Shown here: positions 47,073 to 57,046 of the stretch, in pieces
How positions within the stretch are numbered: the first letter of the stretch is position 1
How the letters are laid out: every line of letters starts with the position of its first letter
Assembly (NCBI GenBank): GCA_038253355.1
Contig: JBBSHF010000001.1
Span: 933 to 64,932, forward strand
DNA: 64,000 bases
Reading direction: 5' to 3'
Origin: Candidatus Limnocylindria bacterium
GTDB taxonomy: Bacteria > Chloroflexota > Limnocylindria > QHBO01
Notes under the pieces: generated by a model
The model's database searches: none
The model's input: only the letters and a program-made list of their open reading frames with translations
Told to the model about the DNA's origin: nothing
Position numbers and translations under genes: made by a program

Positions 47073-47498
47073 ATGCGCGTTATGCGGATACTGTTCGGCC
47101 TGTCGCTACTTGCAGCGATGCTCACCGCCTCGCCGGTTGCGGCAGACGGGAGATGCAATGGACAGCGAGGCATCCAGGTTTGGGCCGACTCGGGGTTCTC
47201 GGGAAGCAGCACTGTCTGGTGCCAAAATAATACTGGCGGCATCGCCATACCCGACCTGTCGACTCACCACGAGGGAGGCCAGTGGTGGCCTCAGAGCTGG
47301 AACGACGCGATCAGCTCGTTCCAGACGTTCAACATGTCCAGCACATTGCCCACATGCTTCTATCAAAACAGCAACTATGGCTCGACCTACTGGCGCTATA
47401 ACGGCAACCAGTCGATCCAGTACGTCGGCCTCGATAGGAACGACCAGTTCTCTTCGCTCCTGGTCGCCTGGCCGAAGTACAACTACTGCGGATCGTAG
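47073..47498 (+). CDS. Secreted single-domain beta-gamma crystallin-fold protein (killer-toxin / SMPI-inhibitor-like), in a lower-GC islet
   Basis: Signal peptide MRVMRILFGLSLLAAMLTASPVAADG. Two Greek-key motifs (VWADSGFSGSS...SWNDAISSF and FYQNSNYGS...RNDQFSSLL). Four Cys residues. AGGGAGAG RBS. Confidence 0.6.
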   Translation: MRVMRILFGLSLLAAMLTASPVAADGRCNGQRGIQVWADSGFSGSSTVWCQNNTGGIAIPDLSTHHEGGQWWPQSWNDAISSFQTFNMSSTLPTCFYQNSNYGSTYWRYNGNQSIQYVGLDRNDQFSSLLVAWPKYNYCGS

Positions 47499-47513
47499 AG
47501 GGAACGAACGTTC

Positions 47514-48404
47514 GTGCGCACTCTGGCGGACGCCGCGTCGGTCGACGACTCGGCGCCCGCCCTTGAAGCCCACAGTCTATCGAAGCGCTACAGACGCGGC
47601 GTCTGGGCGCTGCGAGCGATCGATGTGTCGTTTCCCCCAGGCGCAATCATCGGTCTCGTAGGTCCCAACGCGGCCGGCAAATCCACGCTCATCAAGACCT
47701 GGGTGGGCTTCGAACGGCCGACGAGCGGGTTCGTCAGGGTCGATGGCTTCGATCCGTTTCGGCAACGGCACGAGGTCATCCAGCGGCTGGCCTACATTTC
47801 CCAGCGCACACCGCTCTACCGCCAGCTGACCGTGGGCGAACACGTCGAGTTCGCCCGAATCCTTCGGCCCGGCTTCGACGCTCGTCTTGCATTCTCGCGC
47901 CTTGATGCCCTGGACATTCCTCGCCGCGCCTCGGTGGCGGAGGTGTCCGGCGGTCAAGCTGCCCAGCTAGCGCTGACCATCGCTCTCGCCACACGGGCGC
48001 ACACGATCTTGCTGGATGAGCCCCTGGCGAGTCTCGATCCGCTCGCGCGCCGGGAATTCCTGAGTGCTCTCCGCATGGCCGTCCGGACCGAAGGACTCAC
48101 CGCGCTACTGTCAAGCCACATCGTGACCGACGTGGAGCAGGTCGCCGATCGCATCGTCGTCCTTGGCGTGGGACGCAAACTCCTCGATGAGTCCGTCGAC
48201 GCCATCGTCCGCAACCACGCAGTAGCCCGAAATGGGACGGCATTGCCGCCCGGCGCATCCGAGGTCGCGGCCATCACCGACTCGAGCGGACAGCCGATAC
48301 GCGTTCTCCGCACCAACGGCAGCATCGATGGGCTTGAGACACCGGGGGTTGAGGATGTGGTGATGGCCTATCTGGCCGCAGGGCGCACCGATCGGCCCAC
48401 ATGA
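47514..48404 (+). CDS. ABC transporter ATP-binding protein
   Basis: Walker A GPNAAGKST, ABC signature LSGGQAAQ, Walker B ILLDEP. Confidence 0.8.
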   Translation: MRTLADAASVDDSAPALEAHSLSKRYRRGVWALRAIDVSFPPGAIIGLVGPNAAGKSTLIKTWVGFERPTSGFVRVDGFDPFRQRHEVIQRLAYISQRTPLYRQLTVGEHVEFARILRPGFDARLAFSRLDALDIPRRASVAEVSGGQAAQLALTIALATRAHTILLDEPLASLDPLARREFLSALRMAVRTEGLTALLSSHIVTDVEQVADRIVVLGVGRKLLDESVDAIVRNHAVARNGTALPPGASEVAAITDSSGQPIRVLRTNGSIDGLETPGVEDVVMAYLAAGRTDRPT

Positions 48405-49375
48405 TGGCGCGCTCGTTGGCAGCACTTCGAATCTCAGCGAAGCTCGATCGCTTTGAGCTGCTTACCGTGTTGGTGGTAACGGTGGTTGGGCTCGCAGCCG
48501 TGCTGCTTGTCGGGTTGCGCCTCCATTCCTTCGCGCCGAGCGCGCACTGCCAGGAGCTCGTCTGGCGCGGCTTCTCTTCGCAGGATCTGCGCGCATGCCC
48601 AGGCCTCCTGGAATTCGTCCAGTTCGACACTTCGTTCACCGGCAACGCCATGGTTGCCATGAGCGTCGCACCGTTCGCCATCGGAACGCTGCTTGGATCG
48701 CCCCTCGTCGCTCGTGAGATCGATACTGGCACCTCGGAACTGGCCTGGTCGCTCACGGTGTCCCGCACCCGCTGGCTCGTGGGTCGCCTGTTGCCGCTGT
48801 TGGCCGCGGTGCTCCTGGCGTCTCTCATCCTTGGCTTCGCGGCCGAATGGTTAGAGCATGCCCGGTTCTCGGTTGTTCCCCCGGCTGAGAGCTTTCGAGA
48901 CTACGGCAGCCGTGGGCCTCTCCTGGCCGCCCGCGCTCTAACGGCATTCAGCATTGGGATCCTCGTCGGAACTGTCCTGGGCCGAACGGTGCCTGCCCTG
49001 GTGCTGACCGCGGCCGCATGTGTTGTCGTCTATTTCTCGCTTTCAACAGCCGCGCTCGCTCTTCAACCTCTCGAGACGGTAACCACCTCGCAGGCACAAC
49101 AAGATATCGGTGCTCTCAACGTCCGCCTGGCTTGGCGAACGCCCGCTGGCCAAGTGTTGAGTGACGAGCAGGCACGGCGGACGATCCCGGCGAACTCCTC
49201 CGATCCGGAAGCCGCCATCCTCTGGCTGAACGAGCACTACCAGGGCGTCTCGATGATCATTCCGGGCACGCAGATGCCGCGTATGGCGTGGACCGAGTCC
49301 GCGCTCCAAGGTTCGGTTGTGCTGGTGGCTTTCGGAGGCGCGCTGATGCTGGTACGTCGCCGACGACCCTTCTAG
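48401..49375 (+). CDS. ABC-2 type transporter permease
   Basis: About six predicted TM helices. Translationally coupled to the ATPase gene (ATGATG overlap). Confidence 0.6.
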   Translation: MMARSLAALRISAKLDRFELLTVLVVTVVGLAAVLLVGLRLHSFAPSAHCQELVWRGFSSQDLRACPGLLEFVQFDTSFTGNAMVAMSVAPFAIGTLLGSPLVAREIDTGTSELAWSLTVSRTRWLVGRLLPLLAAVLLASLILGFAAEWLEHARFSVVPPAESFRDYGSRGPLLAARALTAFSIGILVGTVLGRTVPALVLTAAACVVVYFSLSTAALALQPLETVTTSQAQQDIGALNVRLAWRTPAGQVLSDEQARRTIPANSSDPEAAILWLNEHYQGVSMIIPGTQMPRMAWTESALQGSVVLVAFGGALMLVRRRRPF

Positions 49376-49582
49376 GGGAATGAGGGTCAACTCGAGGAAG
49401 GCGCTCCATCGTCATGTCGCGCCGTGACCTCGGTTCCCTGGAACGTCACATAACTATCATTTGCGGAAGTAGCATCGCGACACGCGGCTGGGTAGCTCGT
49501 GGGTGCTCCAGGACGAATGGCGAGAGTACCGGGAGCTGATCGGGCGATGGCCGGGCCGGCGTCACCGGCGCAACCTGAGCGC

Positions 49583-49831
49583 ATGACGAATTCATCGCGA
49601 GGTGTGCGCTGGTTCGGCGGCCTGGGGCTGGCGTCCGGCGCGCTGCTCAGCGTTGCGGCGCCGCTGGCCGGTACGGAGCTCGCGGACCTGCTGGGCGGCT
49701 ACGGCACGATGCTGGCGCTCAGCGCTGGATACCTGCTCGGCGGGCTGTGGCTGCTCGGCCTGGGTCACTCTCGGCGCGTCGCGCGCGAGCGGTCGGCGAT
49801 CGCGAACGAGGTGATTTCGATTCGGCGCTGA
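49583..49831 (+). CDS. Small two-TM membrane protein (hypothetical), overlapping the convergent 3' end of the methyltransferase ORF
   Basis: GC3-rich coding-like codon usage and two hydrophobic helices. Uncertain. Confidence 0.3.
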   Translation: MTNSSRGVRWFGGLGLASGALLSVAAPLAGTELADLLGGYGTMLALSAGYLLGGLWLLGLGHSRRVARERSAIANEVISIRR

Positions 49832-50549
49832 TGGCCCGCTGACGCATCACCTCGAAGCCAATGACGGCGGCCGAGGCGGCCGTCCCGAGTGATGGCGCAT
49901 CGGTGCGTGCATAGGGGATGCGCACCTGGAGGTCGGCGCGCTCCAAGACGGCTTGCGCCAGGCCACGGCGCTCCCCGCCGATCAACAGGAAGAGCGGCGG
50001 GCGCAGGTCCGCGGCATACAGGGATTGCGCGCCGGCGGAATCGGTGGCGACCGCAATCTGCAGCCCGGCTTCGGCGAGACGTTGTGCGGCTGCCAGCGGA
50101 TCAGCGGCCAGGGCGATGGGCAGCAGCTCAGACGCGCCGGCCGAAGCTCGTGCGACGATGGCAGTCGCCGCCTCCCAGCTGCGCGGCCGGATCACCAGCC
50201 CGCTGGTCCCTGCGGCATACAGCGAGCGCAGCGCCGTTCCGAAGTTGTAGGGGTCCTCGACGCCATCGAGCATCACCACGCAGGCGTCCGCGACGGCCAG
50301 CTCGGCGAGCTGCACGTACCGTCGCTCCCCCACCTCGGCGAGCATGCCGCCGTGGCTGCGGCCGGAAGCGAGCGCGTCGATCTCGGCGCGTGGCAGTCGC
50401 TCAACCGGCACGCCGCGCCGCGTGCTGAGCGCCACGATGCGGCGCGCCTCGTGGTCGGCGCGCACGCCCTCGGCGGCGATCAGCACGCGGTGGATTGGTC
50501 GCGATTCCGCGCGCAACGCGGCCTCGATCGAAATATGGCCCTCGAGCAC
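49719..50549 (-). CDS. TrmH/SpoU-family RNA 2'-O-methyltransferase (RlmB-like)
   Basis: SpoU motifs LDGVEDPYNFGTALRS, LLIGGERRGL, IPYARTDAPSLGTAASAAVIGFE. The last ~35 codons are low-complexity because the ORF runs on to the first stop. Confidence 0.75.
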   Translation of the reverse strand: MLEGHISIEAALRAESRPIHRVLIAAEGVRADHEARRIVALSTRRGVPVERLPRAEIDALASGRSHGGMLAEVGERRYVQLAELAVADACVVMLDGVEDPYNFGTALRSLYAAGTSGLVIRPRSWEAATAIVARASAGASELLPIALAADPLAAAQRLAEAGLQIAVATDSAGAQSLYAADLRPPLFLLIGGERRGLAQAVLERADLQVRIPYARTDAPSLGTAASAAVIGFEVMRQRAISAESKSPRSRSPTARARRAESDPGRAATARRAGIQR

Positions 50550-50551
50550 CG

Positions 50552-51889
50552 TCAGCGACGCGCGGAGCGCGTTCCGCCGGGGCGACGACCGGCGGAATCG
50601 AGCTCAGCGGCGATCGCCTGCGGCAGGTGGCCCGAGATGCGAACGCCGCCGGGGAGGTAGTGCTCCTTCACGTCGCCGCTGGTGCGTGCCCGTGCCACGA
50701 GCTCGCCGCGCTCGTACGGGATCAGCGCGTCGACCGCGACCATCTGCTCTCGGAGCACGTTGGCGATCTGCTGCAGCAGGCCGGGCAGGCCCTCGCCGTC
50801 GGCGGCGCTCACGTAGGCGACCCGATCGCTGAGCGGCATCGGCACCCCCTGGCGGGCCACATCGAGGAGGTCGATCTTGCTGAACACCGCGATGCGCGGC
50901 TTGTCGCCGGCGCCCAGCTCGATGAGCACCGCCTGCACGGCTGCCTGCTGGCCCACGAAGTCGGCATCGGCGGCGTCGACCACCTCCAGCAGCAGGTCGG
51001 CGCGCAGCACCTCCTCGAGCGTGGCGCGGAAGGCGTCGATCAGGTCGTGCGGGAGCTTGTTGATGAATCCCACGGTATCGGTCATGACCACGTGCTGGCC
51101 CGAGGGAAGCACCACCCGCCGGGAGGTCGGATCGAGTGTGGCGAATGGCATGTCGGCGGCATATACGTTGGCGTTGGCGAGCGCGTTGAGCAGCGTGCTT
51201 TTCCCGGCATTGGTGTAGCCCACCAGGGCGACCGTGGGTACCTGCTTGCGCTCACGTTGGCGTGCAGCGGTCGACCGATGGCGCTTCACGGTCTCCAGCT
51301 CAGCGCGAAGCCTGCGGATCTTCTCGCCGATCAGCCGCCGGTCGGTCTCGAGCTGGCTCTCGCCGGGTCCCCGGGTACCGATGCCGCCGCCCGTGCGCGA
51401 CAGGTGCGTCCACAGGCGGGTCAGCCGCGGAAGGTGATACTCGAGCTGGGCCAGCTCGACCTGCAGACGGCCCTCGCGGGTGCGCGCGTGGCGGGCGAAG
51501 ATGTCGATGATCAGCGCCGAACGGTCCAGGACCTTGCAGTCGAGCAGCTTTTCCAGGTTGCGCTGCTGATTCGGTGACAGCTCGTCGTCGACAACCAGCA
51601 CGTTGAAGTCGCTGGACGCCTTCTCATCGAGCAGCTCGGCGGCACGGCCCTTGCCGAAGTAGTAGCCGGGATCCGGCTGGGGCCGGCGCTGGAAGGCGCT
51701 GCCCACCACGCTCGCGCCGGCGGTTTCGGCCAGTGAAGCGAGCTCGGCCAGGCTCCGTGAGATCGGCCAGCTGCCGTGGTGTGGGTCGTCGAGCCCGATG
51801 AGAAACGCGCGCTCATCGGCCGCCGTGAGGTCGATCATGCGGTTTGGGTCGGTCATATCGGTCAATTCATGGTAGCCGATGCGGCGCAC
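50552..51889 (-). CDS. hflX: GTPase HflX
   Basis: VALVGYTNAGKSTLLNALA G1 motif, DTVGF, and an HflX N-terminal domain. Start uncertain; alternative M codons lie downstream. Confidence 0.85.
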   Translation of the reverse strand: MRRIGYHELTDMTDPNRMIDLTAADERAFLIGLDDPHHGSWPISRSLAELASLAETAGASVVGSAFQRRPQPDPGYYFGKGRAAELLDEKASSDFNVLVVDDELSPNQQRNLEKLLDCKVLDRSALIIDIFARHARTREGRLQVELAQLEYHLPRLTRLWTHLSRTGGGIGTRGPGESQLETDRRLIGEKIRRLRAELETVKRHRSTAARQRERKQVPTVALVGYTNAGKSTLLNALANANVYAADMPFATLDPTSRRVVLPSGQHVVMTDTVGFINKLPHDLIDAFRATLEEVLRADLLLEVVDAADADFVGQQAAVQAVLIELGAGDKPRIAVFSKIDLLDVARQGVPMPLSDRVAYVSAADGEGLPGLLQQIANVLREQMVAVDALIPYERGELVARARTSGDVKEHYLPGGVRISGHLPQAIAAELDSAGRRPGGTRSARR

Positions 51890-51971
51890 CGGTACCTTTC
51901 ACCCACTATTGCTTTGTGAGCCGGAGGACCATGATCAGGCCCAGCAGGAACGCGCCGCAGCTGAGGTGAAG

Positions 51972-53609
51972 ATGGATAACCGCGACGCTGTACCGGGGAG
52001 CGACGGCTCGCACGCGCACCTGCGGCCGACCCTGATGCGCCTGCAGCTGGTCGCGGCGATCGCACTGAGCGGTCTGGTTGGCCTCAGCATCGAGCGTTTC
52101 TTCAGCCTGCTCGTCCCCGGCTCCGCGACGCTGGCGGCGCTCTGCGCGTTGGCGGGCATGCTGCTCACCGGCGCGGCGGTGGCGCCCATTGCGCTCGTCC
52201 CGCTGCGGCGTTTGACCGAGGACCTGCAGGTCCGCTACGAAATCGCCTTGGCCGACGCCCTGTCCGATGGCCTGACCAGGCTGGGCAATCATCGCGCATT
52301 CCAGGAGGAGCTCGATCGACAGGTCGAGCAGGCCTTGCGCTATGGGGCGCCGCTTGCCCTGGTGCTCATCGACCTCGACGACTTCAGGGCGGTGAACGAT
52401 GCGGTGGGCCATGTCGGCGGAGATCACGCGCTGACCCGCACGGGACGTGTCGTGGAGGCTTCGATTCGCCGCCCGGACCGCGCATTTCGGATCGGGGGCG
52501 ACGAGTTCGCCTTGCTGCTTCCGCACGCTGACGCGGATGGGGCGCGGGTCGTGGCCCGCCGACTGCTGGCGGCCTCGCTTCAGCCGGGCAGGGCAGCCGA
52601 CGGCCTGTCCGAAGGGCTCTCCTTCTCGGCTGGTATCTCGACGATCCCCGCGTTCGCGGCCAACCGGAGCGAGCTGCACGCCCAGGCCGATGCCGCGCTG
52701 TACGCTGCCAAGCGCGCCGGACGGACCATCGTGGAGGTATTCGAGCCGTCGATCAGCCCTGCGCTGCCGTTGACCGATGCGTCGGCCGCCGTGGCCGAGC
52801 TGATCGCGCGGAACCAGATGCTCGGTGTCTACCAACCGGTTGTCGATCTGTCTAACGGCGGGATCATCGGCTACGAAGGCCTGACGCGTCCGCAGCCGCC
52901 GTCGCCGTTCGAGACTCCAGCGCAGTTGTTCGATGCCGCCGAGGCGAGCGGCCGGGTCATGGCACTCGATCTCGCCTGCGCCGAAGAGCTGGTTCACGGA
53001 GCGCGCTTTTTGCCGCCCACCCAGTTTCTGAGCGTCAACCTCTCACCGACGACCATCGAGGCACCCGAGTTCGGGGCATCGAGCATGCTCGCCATCCTGG
53101 CCCGGCACAACTTCCCGCCAGCTCAGTTGGTGATCGAGCTCACCGAGCGCGAGTCGATCACGGACATGGTGCTCCTGCGCAAGAAGCTCGAGGACTGCCG
53201 CCGCGCGGGCATTCGCCTGGCGGCCGATGACATCGGCGCCGGGAACTCGGGCCTGCGCCTGCTCAGCGAGCTTCGCTTCGACATCCTCAAGGTCGACCTC
53301 GGGCTGGTGCAGCGCAGCGCGGCCGATGGCCTGTCGAGCGCCGTGGTGCGCTCGGTGGTGGATCTTGCCGCACGGACCGCTGCGCTGGTCATCGCGGAGG
53401 GCGTCGAGGACGATCGGCAGCTGGTACAGGTCGCCGCGCTGGGGATCACGGCTGCCCAGGGATACCTGCTCGGCCGGGGGGGTCCCCTGCCCGTCCGCGG
53501 TCGGCGATCGGCCCCCGTGGTCGAAGAGCCTGCCGAAGATCTCGGCCCGCACGCGGCCTGGCGGCAGTCGATCGGCCTCTCCGGGGCGACCCTGCCGATC
53601 CGCGTCTAG
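51972..53609 (+). CDS. Membrane-anchored GGDEF-EAL protein (diguanylate cyclase / phosphodiesterase; EAL motif reads EGL)
   Basis: Two N-terminal TM helices. RIGGDEFALLL (GGDEF intact). EAL domain: YEGLTR, DDIGAGNSGL, QGYLLGRG. RBS GAGGTGAAG. Confidence 0.8.
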   Translation: MDNRDAVPGSDGSHAHLRPTLMRLQLVAAIALSGLVGLSIERFFSLLVPGSATLAALCALAGMLLTGAAVAPIALVPLRRLTEDLQVRYEIALADALSDGLTRLGNHRAFQEELDRQVEQALRYGAPLALVLIDLDDFRAVNDAVGHVGGDHALTRTGRVVEASIRRPDRAFRIGGDEFALLLPHADADGARVVARRLLAASLQPGRAADGLSEGLSFSAGISTIPAFAANRSELHAQADAALYAAKRAGRTIVEVFEPSISPALPLTDASAAVAELIARNQMLGVYQPVVDLSNGGIIGYEGLTRPQPPSPFETPAQLFDAAEASGRVMALDLACAEELVHGARFLPPTQFLSVNLSPTTIEAPEFGASSMLAILARHNFPPAQLVIELTERESITDMVLLRKKLEDCRRAGIRLAADDIGAGNSGLRLLSELRFDILKVDLGLVQRSAADGLSSAVVRSVVDLAARTAALVIAEGVEDDRQLVQVAALGITAAQGYLLGRGGPLPVRGRRSAPVVEEPAEDLGPHAAWRQSIGLSGATLPIRV

Positions 53610-54619
53610 CCGTCTCGGTCGACGATCCGCGTCATGAGGCGAAGCGCGCGCCGCACGATGATCTCGGAGCTTGCGTCACGCTCGCTCGCTGCGATCCAGG
53701 TGATGCGTGGGTCGCGGCCGAACCAGGTCAGCTGCCGTTTGGCGTACTGACGGGTGCGGACGACGGTAGCGGCGATTGCCTGCTCCAGGGTCCACTCCCC
53801 CACCAGGTGACGGATCGCCTCAGCGTAGCCATGGCCGCTCATCGATGCCAGCTCGGGACCGTAACCGGCATTCAGCAGCGCGCGCGCCTCGGTGAGGAGG
53901 CCGTGGGCGAACATGAGCCGGGTGCGCTCGGCGATGCGCGCCTCCAGCACCTCGCGCGGTCGCTGCAGCCCGATGAGGCACACACGCCCATCGTACGGCT
54001 CGCTCCCCGGCCGTGCCGTGCTGCCCGACTCGGCTCGCTCCAGGGCACGCAGCACCCGTCGCGGATTGCGCAGGTCCGTGCTGGCCGCGACCTCGGGCGC
54101 CAGCTGGCTCAGGCGTTCGGCGAGCGCCACCAGCCCCATTGACTCGAGCTCATCGGTCAGACGCCGGCGTGCTCCCGCTGATCCGGGCCGGGGTCCGAAG
54201 TCGTAGCCGTCGAGAAGTGCCGAGACGTACAGGCCGGCGCCTCCGACGAGCAGCGGAAGGCGGCCGCGGGCGGCGATCTGTGGGAGGAGGGCTCGGGCGG
54301 GTGCGACCCAGTCCGCGACGGTGAAGCGCTCGTCCGGCGCGACGAGGTCGAGCAGGTGGTGTGGCACCGCTTCTTGCTCGGCGACCGAGGGCTTCGCCGT
54401 TCCGACATCCATGCCGCGGTAGACCTGCCGTGAGTCGGCCGACAGGATCTCGACGGGGATCAGCATGGCGAGCTCCAGGGCCAGCTCGCTCTTGCCCGAG
54501 GCCGTGGGGCCGACGATCGCCAGCAGCGGCAGGGTGTCCGTACTCAGCCGACCTCGACGAGCCGTTGGACGAGCTCGATCGATCGGGCGCGGCCACTCCC
54601 CCGCTCCGCCTCGATGCAC
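53606..54619 (-). CDS. miaA: tRNA dimethylallyltransferase MiaA
   Basis: LLAIVGPTASGKSELALELA P-loop; SADSRQVYRGMDVGTAKP. Start uncertain; the ORF 5' end overlaps the ymdB 3' end. Confidence 0.85.
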   Translation of the reverse strand: MHRGGAGEWPRPIDRARPTARRGRLSTDTLPLLAIVGPTASGKSELALELAMLIPVEILSADSRQVYRGMDVGTAKPSVAEQEAVPHHLLDLVAPDERFTVADWVAPARALLPQIAARGRLPLLVGGAGLYVSALLDGYDFGPRPGSAGARRRLTDELESMGLVALAERLSQLAPEVAASTDLRNPRRVLRALERAESGSTARPGSEPYDGRVCLIGLQRPREVLEARIAERTRLMFAHGLLTEARALLNAGYGPELASMSGHGYAEAIRHLVGEWTLEQAIAATVVRTRQYAKRQLTWFGRDPRITWIAASERDASSEIIVRRALRLMTRIVDRDG

Positions 54620-55352
54620 ACCGCGTTGAAGCTCACCGGCCCCTCGGCCACCGCGAAGCGCGTCGGCAGGTGGCGCAGGAAGCGCGGCAGCACCGTCTCG
54701 ATGCTCATGCCGATGATCGAGTCGCGCGGCCCGGTCATGCCGATGTCGCTGATGAAGCCGGTCCCCTTTGGCAGCACGCGCGCGTCGGCAGTGGGGACGT
54801 GGGTATGGGTGCCGACCACGGCGCTGACCCGTCCGTCGAGATGCCAGCCCATGGCGTTCTTCTCCGATGTGATCTCGCAGTGGAAGTCGACGATGCGCAC
54901 CGGCGGCAGCTCGACCGCCGCCTCGTCGAGCAGGCGATCCATGGCGGTGAACGGCGAATCGAGCTGATTCATGAAGACCCGGCCCATGACGTTGACCACC
55001 GCGACATCGCCACCATCGGGCAGGTGATGGATCAGCCAGCCGCGCCCCGGGGCCTCGTCGGGATAGTTCATCGGCCGCAGGACCGGACGGTCGGTGTCCA
55101 GGTAGTCGTAGATCTCGCGCTTGTCCCAGATGTGGTTGCCGGTGGTGATCACTTCGACCCCGCCGTCGAGCATCTCCTCGGCCAGCGAAGGCGTGATCCC
55201 CATCCCGGCCGCCAGGTTCTCGCCGTTGGCGATCACCATGTCCAGGTCGAGCTCGCGACGCAGCTGCGGCAGCAGCTGGTGCACTGCCTGGCGGCCCGGC
55301 TTACCGATGATGTCGCCGATGACCAGGCAGCGCAGCAGCTGCGTGCGCTCGG

Positions 55353-55356
<4 letters not shown>
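54544..55356 (-). CDS. ymdB: YmdB-family metallophosphoesterase (2',3'-cNMP phosphodiesterase)
   Basis: [15 protein letters not shown]...[13 protein letters not shown]...GNHIWDK...DFHCE(I)TSEK calcineurin-like motifs. GTG start overlaps the rny stop (GTGA). Conserved rny-ymdB pairing. Confidence 0.8.
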
Positions 55357-56885
<1,529 letters not shown>

Positions 56886-57008
56886 CGGCTCCTCCGGTCG
56901 ATGGAGCCCGTATGGGCGATGTGCACCCGGTCGGGCGCGTCAGGTACTTCAATCAGGCGGCGGGTCGACCGGTTGCGCGTGCCTCTCAGCCGACCGAACC
57001 TTTGGCGG

Positions 57009-57014
57009 AGTGTA
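57009..57014 (-). promoter_or_regulatory. Possible rny promoter -10 (TACACT followed by CCGCC), reading on the minus strand
   Basis: Resembles the TATACT-CCGC family. Roughly 125 nt upstream of the rny start. Weak. Confidence 0.3.
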
Positions 57015-57046
57015 GCGCAACTCTTGTCGGCGGATGCTCGGTGGCC

